This document shows, in pieces, positions 9,117-16,734 of a DNA stretch of 64,000 nucleotides (its first letter is position 1; the number at the start of each line of letters is the position of its first letter). A model generated the notes under the pieces. The model did no database searches. It was not told where the DNA came from and saw only the letters and a program-made list of their open reading frames with translations. Made by a program: the position numbers and the translations under genes. Origin of the DNA: a virus. The stretch lies in the IMG/VR virus record IMGVR_UViG_3300024255_000011, positions 1-64,000 of that record; one strand, written 5' to 3'.

Positions 9117-10591
9117 AAATTTAAAACTCCCTCATTGGTATTTATTGCCACTTCAGAAATGCGATACTCGAAATTCTCATCACAATAATACTTGATTCTT
9201 TCTGCAAGGTGTGTCAAGGTAAAGTTATTCCTCCCTCCACTCTTTCTAAAGTCATCTGCAATATCATATAACTTTACTTTACTCTTTGACTTTGTCTTCC
9301 TCAGACCTCTGCCAATGCTCTGAAGGACACGTATACGAGACTTAGATGGAGAAGCAAAAATAACATGGTGGAGATTTTTGATATTAACACCAGTAGACAT
9401 AGTACCATAGCTACCAAGGATGATATTATTATCAGATCCTTCACACACCGAACGAACTTCCTCCCTCTTTTTAACATCCACATCTCCATGGATGAGATGA
9501 ACTGGTCTGTCAGTGATCGTATCGATAAGTTCCGCAAGTGGGATGCCATGCCCCTCCACTCTAGCGAAGAGAACCAACACGTTACCCTTGAGATCATCGG
9601 CAAGTTTGCAGATGAATTCGTTTCGTTCTTGTAGTAACCCAATTCTCTCAATCTCATCATTGTAAGTTTCGAAAACTTCTGGGGGGTGTTTGAGTTGGAT
9701 GATTTCGACTTTAAGTTTAGCAAGGAATCCCTTCTCCATTAAATCAGCAGAGGATGTGGTTTTATAAACAGGTCCAAAGTGTCCTTCTAATATTAACTTA
9801 TGAACGTTCTTTCCGTCAAGTGTACCAGTAAAACCATACCTCCACTTTGCATCAGGCATCTTCTTCATAATGCCACCCAAACACTTTGCCTTAAAGTTGT
9901 GGCACTCATCTCCTATCACCCCATCAAACTGCCTGAACCACTTCTTTTCCATACCATAGATGGATTGCCAGGTGGAAATGGTACAGGGTGCTGTGGTGTC
10001 CAGAGAGTGTCCCTGATAAATCTTATGCATATTATCCTCTTCCCAACCATAGTCCAGGAAGTCCTTATACATCTGTTCCACCAGTGACTTGGAGGGAACA
10101 ACCAACAACACTCTCTTACCAATAGACTTCAGGTATCTACAGATAGAGTAAATCATAAGAGACTTACCTGACCCTGTGGGGGACAGAATAGTCTTTCTGT
10201 GTTCCTTTAGTGCATGAAACACTGTCTCCACCTGGTACTCTCTTGGTGTTACAGAGGATATCTTATTCATAAACAACTCCACACCCTCATAGAACACCCT
10301 CTCATCCACCTCATAAGGGACTCCATAAAAAGAGTTGTCCTCAAACTCCCAAGTGTACCCATGCCTGTCTAACCACTTGCACAGTTGGTATGTGAGACCT
10401 GCTGGCATTGATTTGGTGTGAGTGGATAACAATCGCACCTTTCCATCCCAGTACTTCTTCCTGTAAGCAGGAGAAAAGGAAGCGCCCTCTACATCAAAAG
10501 AGAATGCTTCCTGTAATTCGTATAGGATGTGGGGTTCACAATCCAGAGTAATATCAATCTCGTTCTTCTTCTGAATAACGCAGTCAGTCAT
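9110..10591 (-). CDS. uvsW: UvsW SF2 RNA-DNA/DNA helicase
   Basis: SPTGSGKS, DECH, GFTGT, STGVNIKNLH, LQSIGRGLR; N-terminal 'WDGKVRL'. Confidence 0.97.
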   Translation of the reverse strand: MTDCVIQKKNEIDITLDCEPHILYELQEAFSFDVEGASFSPAYRKKYWDGKVRLLSTHTKSMPAGLTYQLCKWLDRHGYTWEFEDNSFYGVPYEVDERVFYEGVELFMNKISSVTPREYQVETVFHALKEHRKTILSPTGSGKSLMIYSICRYLKSIGKRVLLVVPSKSLVEQMYKDFLDYGWEEDNMHKIYQGHSLDTTAPCTISTWQSIYGMEKKWFRQFDGVIGDECHNFKAKCLGGIMKKMPDAKWRYGFTGTLDGKNVHKLILEGHFGPVYKTTSSADLMEKGFLAKLKVEIIQLKHPPEVFETYNDEIERIGLLQERNEFICKLADDLKGNVLVLFARVEGHGIPLAELIDTITDRPVHLIHGDVDVKKREEVRSVCEGSDNNIILGSYGTMSTGVNIKNLHHVIFASPSKSRIRVLQSIGRGLRKTKSKSKVKLYDIADDFRKSGGRNNFTLTHLAERIKYYCDENFEYRISEVAINTNEGVLNLC

Positions 10592-10622
10592 AACAAAGTG
10601 TTGCTATGACTATTTATTATGG

Positions 10623-12428
10623 TTACCAGACTCCAGTAATTATTACTTCAAGATCTGTGCCGGTAGGCCATTTGTCATGATTGGTCGCACCGGTTGAAAG
10701 AATGAGATCCGAGTCTCCATAAAACGATTCGATTTTGTTGATCTGACCTTTATATATGAGATTCTTATTCTTAGTCTGAACTGTGATCTCAGCATTATTG
10801 TAGGATCCTCTGTAGTCGCTAAATTGCTTGCCGCCTAATGTTCTCGCTCTTATTTTTCTACAATTTCCAGTCCAAACATTATATTTGTCGCCACTGGCCA
10901 AAGGACAAAAATAGTTCGCATTTATTGAAGTAGGGGACGTTGTTACCTTCCAGGTTGGGAGTGCCGGTGCTGGTGGGGAACTTACTGTAAAGGAAATCCG
11001 CTCAGTCACTGTATCTCCACCAACACCTGTGGCCTCAACGTAATATCCATACGAGCCCGCAACTGATGGCACTGCCCTATATGAACCCGAGAGATCAGTG
11101 CTGTAAGTGGTGCTGCCAGCATATAACCTAGCACTCACTGCATCTTCTGTGTCCCAATATACAGTGAAGGAGTTGCCGGTAGTAGGGCTACTAGGAGTCT
11201 TATAGAAGTTAGTGATTTTTGGTAATGGTGGTGGTGCAACAACCTTGACTGATGTAGATTGAGTCACTGTGACTCCATCAGTACCAACGGCGTTAAGAAT
11301 GTAAGTAAGAGTTCCTGTATTTCCTGGGCTGGTAAATGTGAGATTTGATTTACCAGTAAAAGATTGTACATCACCATTTGGTTGAGTAATCTCAACTGAT
11401 TTATAATCAACTACATCCCAAAAGAGTGTGTATGCATTTCCAGTAGTTACTTCACTGACGTTAATATTAAACTGATTCACCCTGGCTGGTAGACCAAAGA
11501 GTTCTTTAAACCTATCACCAGTTACTTTATAAGTTACATCATTTACATCAGTACAAACAAGGAAATCAGTGTCCAAAAGTTCTGGTAAACTAATGGGGTT
11601 ACCATCAATTTGATCAATTAAAATTTCATTTGACGCCTGAAATGAGGCAGTTGAAGTCAGTGTAAGAGTTCTATTTGACTCATTTACATCACCAATCACT
11701 CCAGTTACAGTACCACCAAACTGCTTCACTCTCATGTTAACCTTATACTTACTCATATCAGTACCTTGTGCCAATACGAGTTTTGTTGCGGTAACATTAC
11801 TCTTAAGTTTTGCTCCATCAAGGTTAATATAGTTGATAACTGCGGTACATGCTTGTCCCGCGTTGTTCTTTTGACGAATTGAAAACTCTTCAACCTGTCC
11901 AGAAAAAGGTACACTGAAAACTTCAGGCTCGGAGTCCCATGCACTTAGTTCTAATACAACAATATTGTTGATGAGCATCTGACCCAATCGTGAGGAGCTA
12001 TGGAACCCAGCTTTGATTTCGATGCTACCATATACATCAATAGGTTGAGGGAACTCAACAACTAAGTCATGTTTGATGCCATTGTTAGTGTATGACTTGA
12101 ACGAAGTACTTTCGTCTCCGTCAAACATATTCTCATACACCCTCAATTCCTGTTGTACAGGAGCAAAAGGAGGAGAGGTCTCATCTAACCTCAGCTCAGT
12201 ATTTCTATCTCTGATATAGGCATATTGTTCATAATTTAGATCTACTGTAACTGTAGAAACTGAACTAATGACATCAAGATTAAGAGGCAACTTGAATCCA
12301 TATTGAAGACCATCTCTCTCTAGGAGTAGTGTGTCATCCTGCCTCAACTTTTCCTTCAATTCAGTGGCAGGGCACCTGAATTGCTGGTCGCCTCTATTAA
12401 CCAGAAAATTAGAACTCCGAATGCCCAT
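10623..12428 (-). CDS. Putative fibre tip / adhesin: N-terminal docking motif, discoidin/CBM-like domain, two Ig-like repeats
   Basis: 'NMFDGDESTSF...VEFPQP' discoidin-like segment. Two repeats 'TTGNAYTLFWD' / 'TTGNSFTVYWD' followed by Pro linkers. Confidence 0.55.
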   Translation of the reverse strand: MGIRSSNFLVNRGDQQFRCPATELKEKLRQDDTLLLERDGLQYGFKLPLNLDVISSVSTVTVDLNYEQYAYIRDRNTELRLDETSPPFAPVQQELRVYENMFDGDESTSFKSYTNNGIKHDLVVEFPQPIDVYGSIEIKAGFHSSSRLGQMLINNIVVLELSAWDSEPEVFSVPFSGQVEEFSIRQKNNAGQACTAVINYINLDGAKLKSNVTATKLVLAQGTDMSKYKVNMRVKQFGGTVTGVIGDVNESNRTLTLTSTASFQASNEILIDQIDGNPISLPELLDTDFLVCTDVNDVTYKVTGDRFKELFGLPARVNQFNINVSEVTTGNAYTLFWDVVDYKSVEITQPNGDVQSFTGKSNLTFTSPGNTGTLTYILNAVGTDGVTVTQSTSVKVVAPPPLPKITNFYKTPSSPTTGNSFTVYWDTEDAVSARLYAGSTTYSTDLSGSYRAVPSVAGSYGYYVEATGVGGDTVTERISFTVSSPPAPALPTWKVTTSPTSINANYFCPLASGDKYNVWTGNCRKIRARTLGGKQFSDYRGSYNNAEITVQTKNKNLIYKGQINKIESFYGDSDLILSTGATNHDKWPTGTDLEVIITGVW

Positions 12429-12433
12429 AATTA

Positions 12434-12796
12434 TTAAGTGCTCAGCAGTGGTAGTGTGTTAATATTCCTTGGCATTTTTGTGTTAACTGAATCGTCAACA
12501 TATTTTTTGTTGGTGATGTGTTCATCGTCAGTGGCAACACCAGTGTAAGATACATAGTCCGGGCCACTATAAAATAAATTCTCACCATCAATATCAACAC
12601 CGGATTTCATAGCAAATCCGCCAGCAACTCTTAGAGCTACTCCAGATGATGGTTGTACGTCTACTCTACCAGTAAATTGTCCGCCTGTTTTAGGTACAAC
12701 ATTGTCTGTTTTTGCAATACCAGAATCAGTGAATGTTACATGGTAGGAGGTATCCCCCCTACCAACAAGAAGTTTATCAGAATTTTGGATAGCCAT
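12434..12796 (-). CDS. Short fibre segment
   Basis: N-term DKLLVGRG, fibre motifs 'PKTGGQFTG' and 'ITNKKYVD', C-term PRNINTLPLL. Confidence 0.65.
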   Translation of the reverse strand: MAIQNSDKLLVGRGDTSYHVTFTDSGIAKTDNVVPKTGGQFTGRVDVQPSSGVALRVAGGFAMKSGVDIDGENLFYSGPDYVSYTGVATDDEHITNKKYVDDSVNTKMPRNINTLPLLST

Positions 12797-12797
12797 A

Positions 12798-13763
12798 TCA
12801 TACAGGGAGAGCGGAAAGTGTGGTTAGATCCATTGGAACTCTAGATCCCAGATCTACTTTAGTGTAAGAGAAGGTACCATTAGAAGAATTGTAAGACAAC
12901 TCACCTTTACTTCCAGCGGTCTCAGTTACATTATCAACACTGAAGGAATCATAACTCAGTCCTCCACCAATTGCACCAACATAACTCCATACAGTACCAT
13001 TATAAGCAATAAACTCACCACCTGTGGCCCCAGCGGGAAGAGATGCCTGTACTTCTGCACCAAAGGAGGCGTCAACAGCTCCAACCCCTGTGTTTACAAA
13101 CAAAGTACCAGATGTCACATCATCTAAAGTTGGTGCGGTACCAGTGACATCAATGTTACCACTGAAGTCAAGGTTGGAGCTCAGTACAATCTCTTTAGCC
13201 TGCCACTCACCTGCTGATTCGTTGTAGTAAAGTACTTGATTGTTTGTGACGCCTGTGACTGTTACATCACTTACACCATCAAGAGTAAGAGCATCAAGAG
13301 CTGCAGCGTTTGCAGCGTCACCAGCAGCTCTGTCAATGGCTTCTTGAGTCAGATCATTACTAATCTGTTGCTCAGCTGCTTCAGCTCTGGTCTTCTCTGC
13401 CAGATCACCTGCAATTCTGTCAGCCTCTTCTTGAGTAATGTCATCAGAGAGACCAGATTCAACTGTTTGTGCTCTGGCTTTCTCAGTGGCAATGTCATCA
13501 GAGAGACCAGCCTCAGCTTGTTCTGCTCTGGCTTTCTCAGTGGCAACATCATCAGAGAGGTCAGATTCAGCTAGTTCTGCTCTGGCTTTCTCAGCAGCAA
13601 TGTCGGAAGAAAGTGCAGACTCTGCATTTTGTGCTCTAACCTTTTCTGCTTCTACAGCTGCAAGAGAGTCAGCTTCAATAGATTGTTTTACTTCGTTATA
13701 AGAAATATTATAGGATGATTGTCCTCTACCTACAAGGAGTAGGTCATTATTTTGGAGTGTCAT
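12798..13763 (-). CDS. Coiled-coil fibre segment with 18-aa repeats
   Basis: Repeats of the type AEKARAELAESDLSDDVA (54-nt period, about 13340-13660), 'LDGVSDV...NQVLYYN...WQ' motif, docking motifs at both ends. Confidence 0.7.
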   Translation of the reverse strand: MTLQNNDLLLVGRGQSSYNISYNEVKQSIEADSLAAVEAEKVRAQNAESALSSDIAAEKARAELAESDLSDDVATEKARAEQAEAGLSDDIATEKARAQTVESGLSDDITQEEADRIAGDLAEKTRAEAAEQQISNDLTQEAIDRAAGDAANAAALDALTLDGVSDVTVTGVTNNQVLYYNESAGEWQAKEIVLSSNLDFSGNIDVTGTAPTLDDVTSGTLFVNTGVGAVDASFGAEVQASLPAGATGGEFIAYNGTVWSYVGAIGGGLSYDSFSVDNVTETAGSKGELSYNSSNGTFSYTKVDLGSRVPMDLTTLSALPV

Positions 13764-13765
13764 AG

Positions 13766-14032
13766 TTAGAATCTAGATGCTGGGAGATGGTTTAGGGTAG
13801 ACAGGTTGCGTGGTACCACAACCTCTGAGGCATTAATTACAAGGTCTGTAATTGCACCAGCAATTACAGGAGTTGGTTCCTCGTCAGGTCCATTACTAAG
13901 ATAGAGTTCTGGGGCAGCTGGATCATAAAACATTTCACCAGCATTACCTTTGAACTCGTCAACTCCACGAGCACCCAACTTTTCTACTAAAAGTCTGTAT
14001 ACAGACTTAAGTGGTGTGAGTTGTGAGGCCAT
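13766..14032 (-). CDS. Small fibre adaptor protein
   Basis: 'GNAGEMFYDPAAPELYLSNG' motif and C-term VPRNLSTLNHLP. Late promoter at 14051-14057. Confidence 0.65.
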   Translation of the reverse strand: MASQLTPLKSVYRLLVEKLGARGVDEFKGNAGEMFYDPAAPELYLSNGPDEEPTPVIAGAITDLVINASEVVVPRNLSTLNHLPASRF

Positions 14033-14053
14033 AAAACCAAATGTTTCTTTTAT

Positions 14054-14254
14054 TTAGAAACCTTCGGATCTCAATTTTGTATCAATAACTTCTACATGAC
14101 TACAGGAACCCTTCCACTGGTACCAGTGGTATTTCATTTGGTCGTATGACTCAAAGGTAACTGACTTACCATTGGTAAGTGCTATTTTGTATTCGTGTCT
14201 GTCATAGTGTTTGTCACAGTACGTTGTGAATGTTTCGCCATCTTTATAGGCCAT
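14054..14254 (-). CDS. Conserved cyanophage hypothetical protein (start revised to MAYKDG)
   Basis: 'CDKHYDRHEYKI..TNGKSVTFESYDQM...WYQ' pattern. The longer ORF call overlaps uvsY. Confidence 0.6.
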   Translation of the reverse strand: MAYKDGETFTTYCDKHYDRHEYKIALTNGKSVTFESYDQMKYHWYQWKGSCSHVEVIDTKLRSEGF

Positions 14255-14316
14255 GTGAGTTCCATTGCAAAAGTTAGTAATCCAATAAAGGCAAAGATAA
14301 AAATATGTGATATCAT
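14182..14316 (-). CDS. Small membrane protein missing from the ORF track (44 aa)
   Basis: Hand-translated MISHIFIFAFIGLLTFAMELTWPIKMAKHSQRTVTNTMTDTNTK. Its ATG overlaps the uvsY stop (ATGA); hydrophobic N-terminus. Confidence 0.5.
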   Translation of the reverse strand: MISHIFIFAFIGLLTFAMELTWPIKMAKHSQRTVTNTMTDTNTK

Positions 14317-14738
14317 GTTCCGTTAACAAATCTACGCCATTCAATCATATTCTTGACATTGAATGACATTTGATGAATCTGTTTTAGAATCTCAGATAAT
14401 GAATTGAGTGTTGTCTCATACAACGCAACTTTCATTTCGACTTTATTAACAGTCTCATCAACCGCAACCCACGACGGAACCTCCGATCGAATGAGTTTGT
14501 AATTGAACGGAGCATCCTCATACATATCTGGAGTTCCTCTACCAGAATAATACAGAGTTCTAAGATGAACAAGTTTATTTTGTTCTTGCTTCGCCTTCTT
14601 AAGTAGGAGCGAGTATTCATTGTGAAGAGTAATATATTTTGAGTGTAGTTGAGGAATCTTCATGGACGTGGTATCCAACATCACATCATCAAATACACTA
14701 TCCTTGGCCCACATGTTTTGGATAGTTTCAAGGTCCAT
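14313..14738 (-). CDS. uvsY: Recombination mediator UvsY
   Basis: 'IQNMWAKDS..D...S.KIPQLHSKY...YYSGR...SFNVKNMIEWRRF'; follows gp3. Confidence 0.9.
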   Translation of the reverse strand: MDLETIQNMWAKDSVFDDVMLDTTSMKIPQLHSKYITLHNEYSLLLKKAKQEQNKLVHLRTLYYSGRGTPDMYEDAPFNYKLIRSEVPSWVAVDETVNKVEMKVALYETTLNSLSEILKQIHQMSFNVKNMIEWRRFVNGT

Positions 14739-15400
14739 TAAATCTGTACGCCCTCCTGAGAACGTCTGTAATTAGGTATCATGGAGCTGTCAGTTGATTG
14801 AGCAGCATCCCACACAAAATAATCATAGTAATTATAACGCATCACCACCTCTGCAGTAAAGTAGTTTACATCTGAAACACTAGAATCAAAATTTAGTGTG
14901 GTGAGTGAGATGGGGAAGGCATCTCTAAACACAAACTCACTGACTGGTTGGTAATTACTGGACAGAATAAACAAAGAACAATCACACTTCCACTGGTCAG
15001 GGTTGTACTTCAGTGCTGCATTGTCATCAGTTCTCTTATTAATGCTATCCAATGACCCTCTTCCATACTTAAATTCTTTACTGCTGTATGGTGTTGCAAT
15101 CTCCCTCATCCAGTCATGAACCTGGTAGTAGTTCTTCATGTTCTCATCCACCAGAAACTTGATGTACAAGTCCTCATAGTATAACTCATCACCAGGGTGG
15201 CGTAGTTTATTATACCTTGTGCCTGTATCTGCACTCTCCATAGTGATGGAAGGCACAGATGCAGACTGACAGAAGAAGTCTACCCCACGCATATTGCTAA
15301 TGGTAAACTTGAACCCAATGGGAGACAAGAAGTTTCTGTTCTCAATGGATACAAACTTCTGCTCCGGGGGCATTGAGTTGTTATTACTTTGTAATGCCAT
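14738..15400 (-). CDS. gp3: Tail tube completion / sheath stabilizer
   Basis: 'IENRNFLSPIGFKF...VDFFCQSASVPSI...PGDEL.YEDL..KFLVDENMKNY...FRDAFPISLTTLNFD'. Confidence 0.9.
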   Translation of the reverse strand: MALQSNNNSMPPEQKFVSIENRNFLSPIGFKFTISNMRGVDFFCQSASVPSITMESADTGTRYNKLRHPGDELYYEDLYIKFLVDENMKNYYQVHDWMREIATPYSSKEFKYGRGSLDSINKRTDDNAALKYNPDQWKCDCSLFILSSNYQPVSEFVFRDAFPISLTTLNFDSSVSDVNYFTAEVVMRYNYYDYFVWDAAQSTDSSMIPNYRRSQEGVQI

Positions 15401-15406
15401 ATCTTT

Positions 15407-16492
15407 TTAGGGGCATCCACAAGATCCAAAACAAGGTCTGGGTAGAACCCATGCATCACAGCCTTCGTCGAACCATGAGGAGTAAGAGAGGGTAGGCACA
15501 CACCATTCAGACAGGTCCGAGTTAAATGCTTTACAAGATTTGAACAAACTCAACATTTCCGTCACATTCGACACATCCCATTTACTAAGGTCTGACGTAA
15601 AGTGAGTCGCGTTCTGGAACATATTATTCATTAACGTCACATTCGACACATCCCAATTACTGAGATCCAAAGACAAAGAGGGGTTGTTGCAGCTGTAGAA
15701 CATGAGATCCATGTTTGTCACTTTTGACACGTCGAAACCACTAATGCCATTTTCAGTTATTTGCTTTTGGCCTTTAAACATAGCGAACATAATCGTCACC
15801 TTTGACGTGTCCCAACCACTAAGATCTTGGTTGAAAATGGCTCCCTTGTCACCAAAGAATGTATACGCCATGTTTGTCACGTTTGATGTATCATATCCAG
15901 AGACGTCTCCATTGAAAACTGGACAATTGCCGAACATTGATTGCATATTGGTCACACTAGATGTGTCAATATACTCTACTCCAATCCCAGTAAATTTCGG
16001 ACTCGTATTAACGAGTCCTTCCATACTCGTAACTTTATCAGTTTTTGTATATTCTCCAAATTCAAAATCAGGGCCGTCCGTAGGGTCGGGATCAAAATTA
16101 AATGAAAACAGACCTGATGAATCCACATTACCTACGAATACAACTTCTGCCCCCTTGGGGATCGAGCTGATCTCTCCATTATCCTGCCAATCGTCTTTGA
16201 TCTTTCTCCAAGATTTATAAGGGCCACGAATACCTAAAGAGACTTCATATCCCTTTAGTCCTACACTTTTATTAGTAACATGCCATACAATATCTTCGTT
16301 ATCCCATGGGAGAGGATCAGGTGTAGGATCTGGATCGGGATCGGCGGTCACCTTAACGTTGTAAGTAACACCCGATCTAGTGACCATCAATAAATCATCT
16401 TCTTTTAACTTATCTTTTAGTTCGTCACCCTTACAGGATGAAGGAATACCATTTCTTTGGACAGCAAATAGTAAGTCGTCGGCTTTAGTCAT
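15407..16492 (-). CDS. BspA/DUF285-type leucine-rich-repeat surface protein with N-terminal fibre-docking motif
   Basis: About 7 repeats of (W)D(T/V)S(N/K)VT.M..MF; C-terminal 'DLSEWCV...W..P.P..G.C'. Confidence 0.85.
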   Translation of the reverse strand: MTKADDLLFAVQRNGIPSSCKGDELKDKLKEDDLLMVTRSGVTYNVKVTADPDPDPTPDPLPWDNEDIVWHVTNKSVGLKGYEVSLGIRGPYKSWRKIKDDWQDNGEISSIPKGAEVVFVGNVDSSGLFSFNFDPDPTDGPDFEFGEYTKTDKVTSMEGLVNTSPKFTGIGVEYIDTSSVTNMQSMFGNCPVFNGDVSGYDTSNVTNMAYTFFGDKGAIFNQDLSGWDTSKVTIMFAMFKGQKQITENGISGFDVSKVTNMDLMFYSCNNPSLSLDLSNWDVSNVTLMNNMFQNATHFTSDLSKWDVSNVTEMLSLFKSCKAFNSDLSEWCVPTLSYSSWFDEGCDAWVLPRPCFGSCGCP

Positions 16493-16510
16493 AAGTCTAT
16501 AACTTTTTAG

Positions 16511-16642
16511 TTATTTATGAGTATCCTCCCTCAGAGTAACAACACATTTTTCCACACATTCTTTATCCTCTAAGTTGCATTCCACAACACACTCAAAGTA
16601 TTCTTCTACTGCGTCCCATGTTTGCTCGTGAGTTTTATTCAT
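16511..16642 (-). CDS. Small four-Cys protein missing from the ORF track (43 aa)
   Basis: Hand-translated MNKTHEQTWDAVEEYFECVVECNLEDKECVEKCVVTLREDTHK. It fills the gap after the gp23 terminator and has its own late promoter at 16668-16674. Confidence 0.75.
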   Translation of the reverse strand: MNKTHEQTWDAVEEYFECVVECNLEDKECVEKCVVTLREDTHK

Positions 16643-16686
16643 AAGTTTGTGTTAGTTTCAACACATTTATTTATTCACTCAGGCAT

Positions 16687-16711
16687 AAAAAAAGGAACCC
16701 CTAAGGGTTCC
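16687..16711 (-). terminator. Rho-independent terminator after gp23
   Basis: GGAACCC-TTAG-GGGTTCC followed by T7 on the - strand. Confidence 0.9.
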
Positions 16712-16734
16712 AGATGTGTTATTGAAACTTATCT

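Noticed and set aside
15500-16040. Diversity-generating retroelement or CRISPR array suggested by repeats
   Set aside because: The repeats are in-frame protein repeats. There is no reverse transcriptase, no TR/VR pair differing at adenines and no repeat-spacer pattern in the window.
16499-16518. 20-bp identity with 30159-30178 (ATAACTTTTTAGTTATTTAT) as an att site or mobile-element end
   Set aside because: Explained by the late promoter plus its usual ACTAAAA leader; similar sequence occurs at 48165-48180 and 63005-63020.
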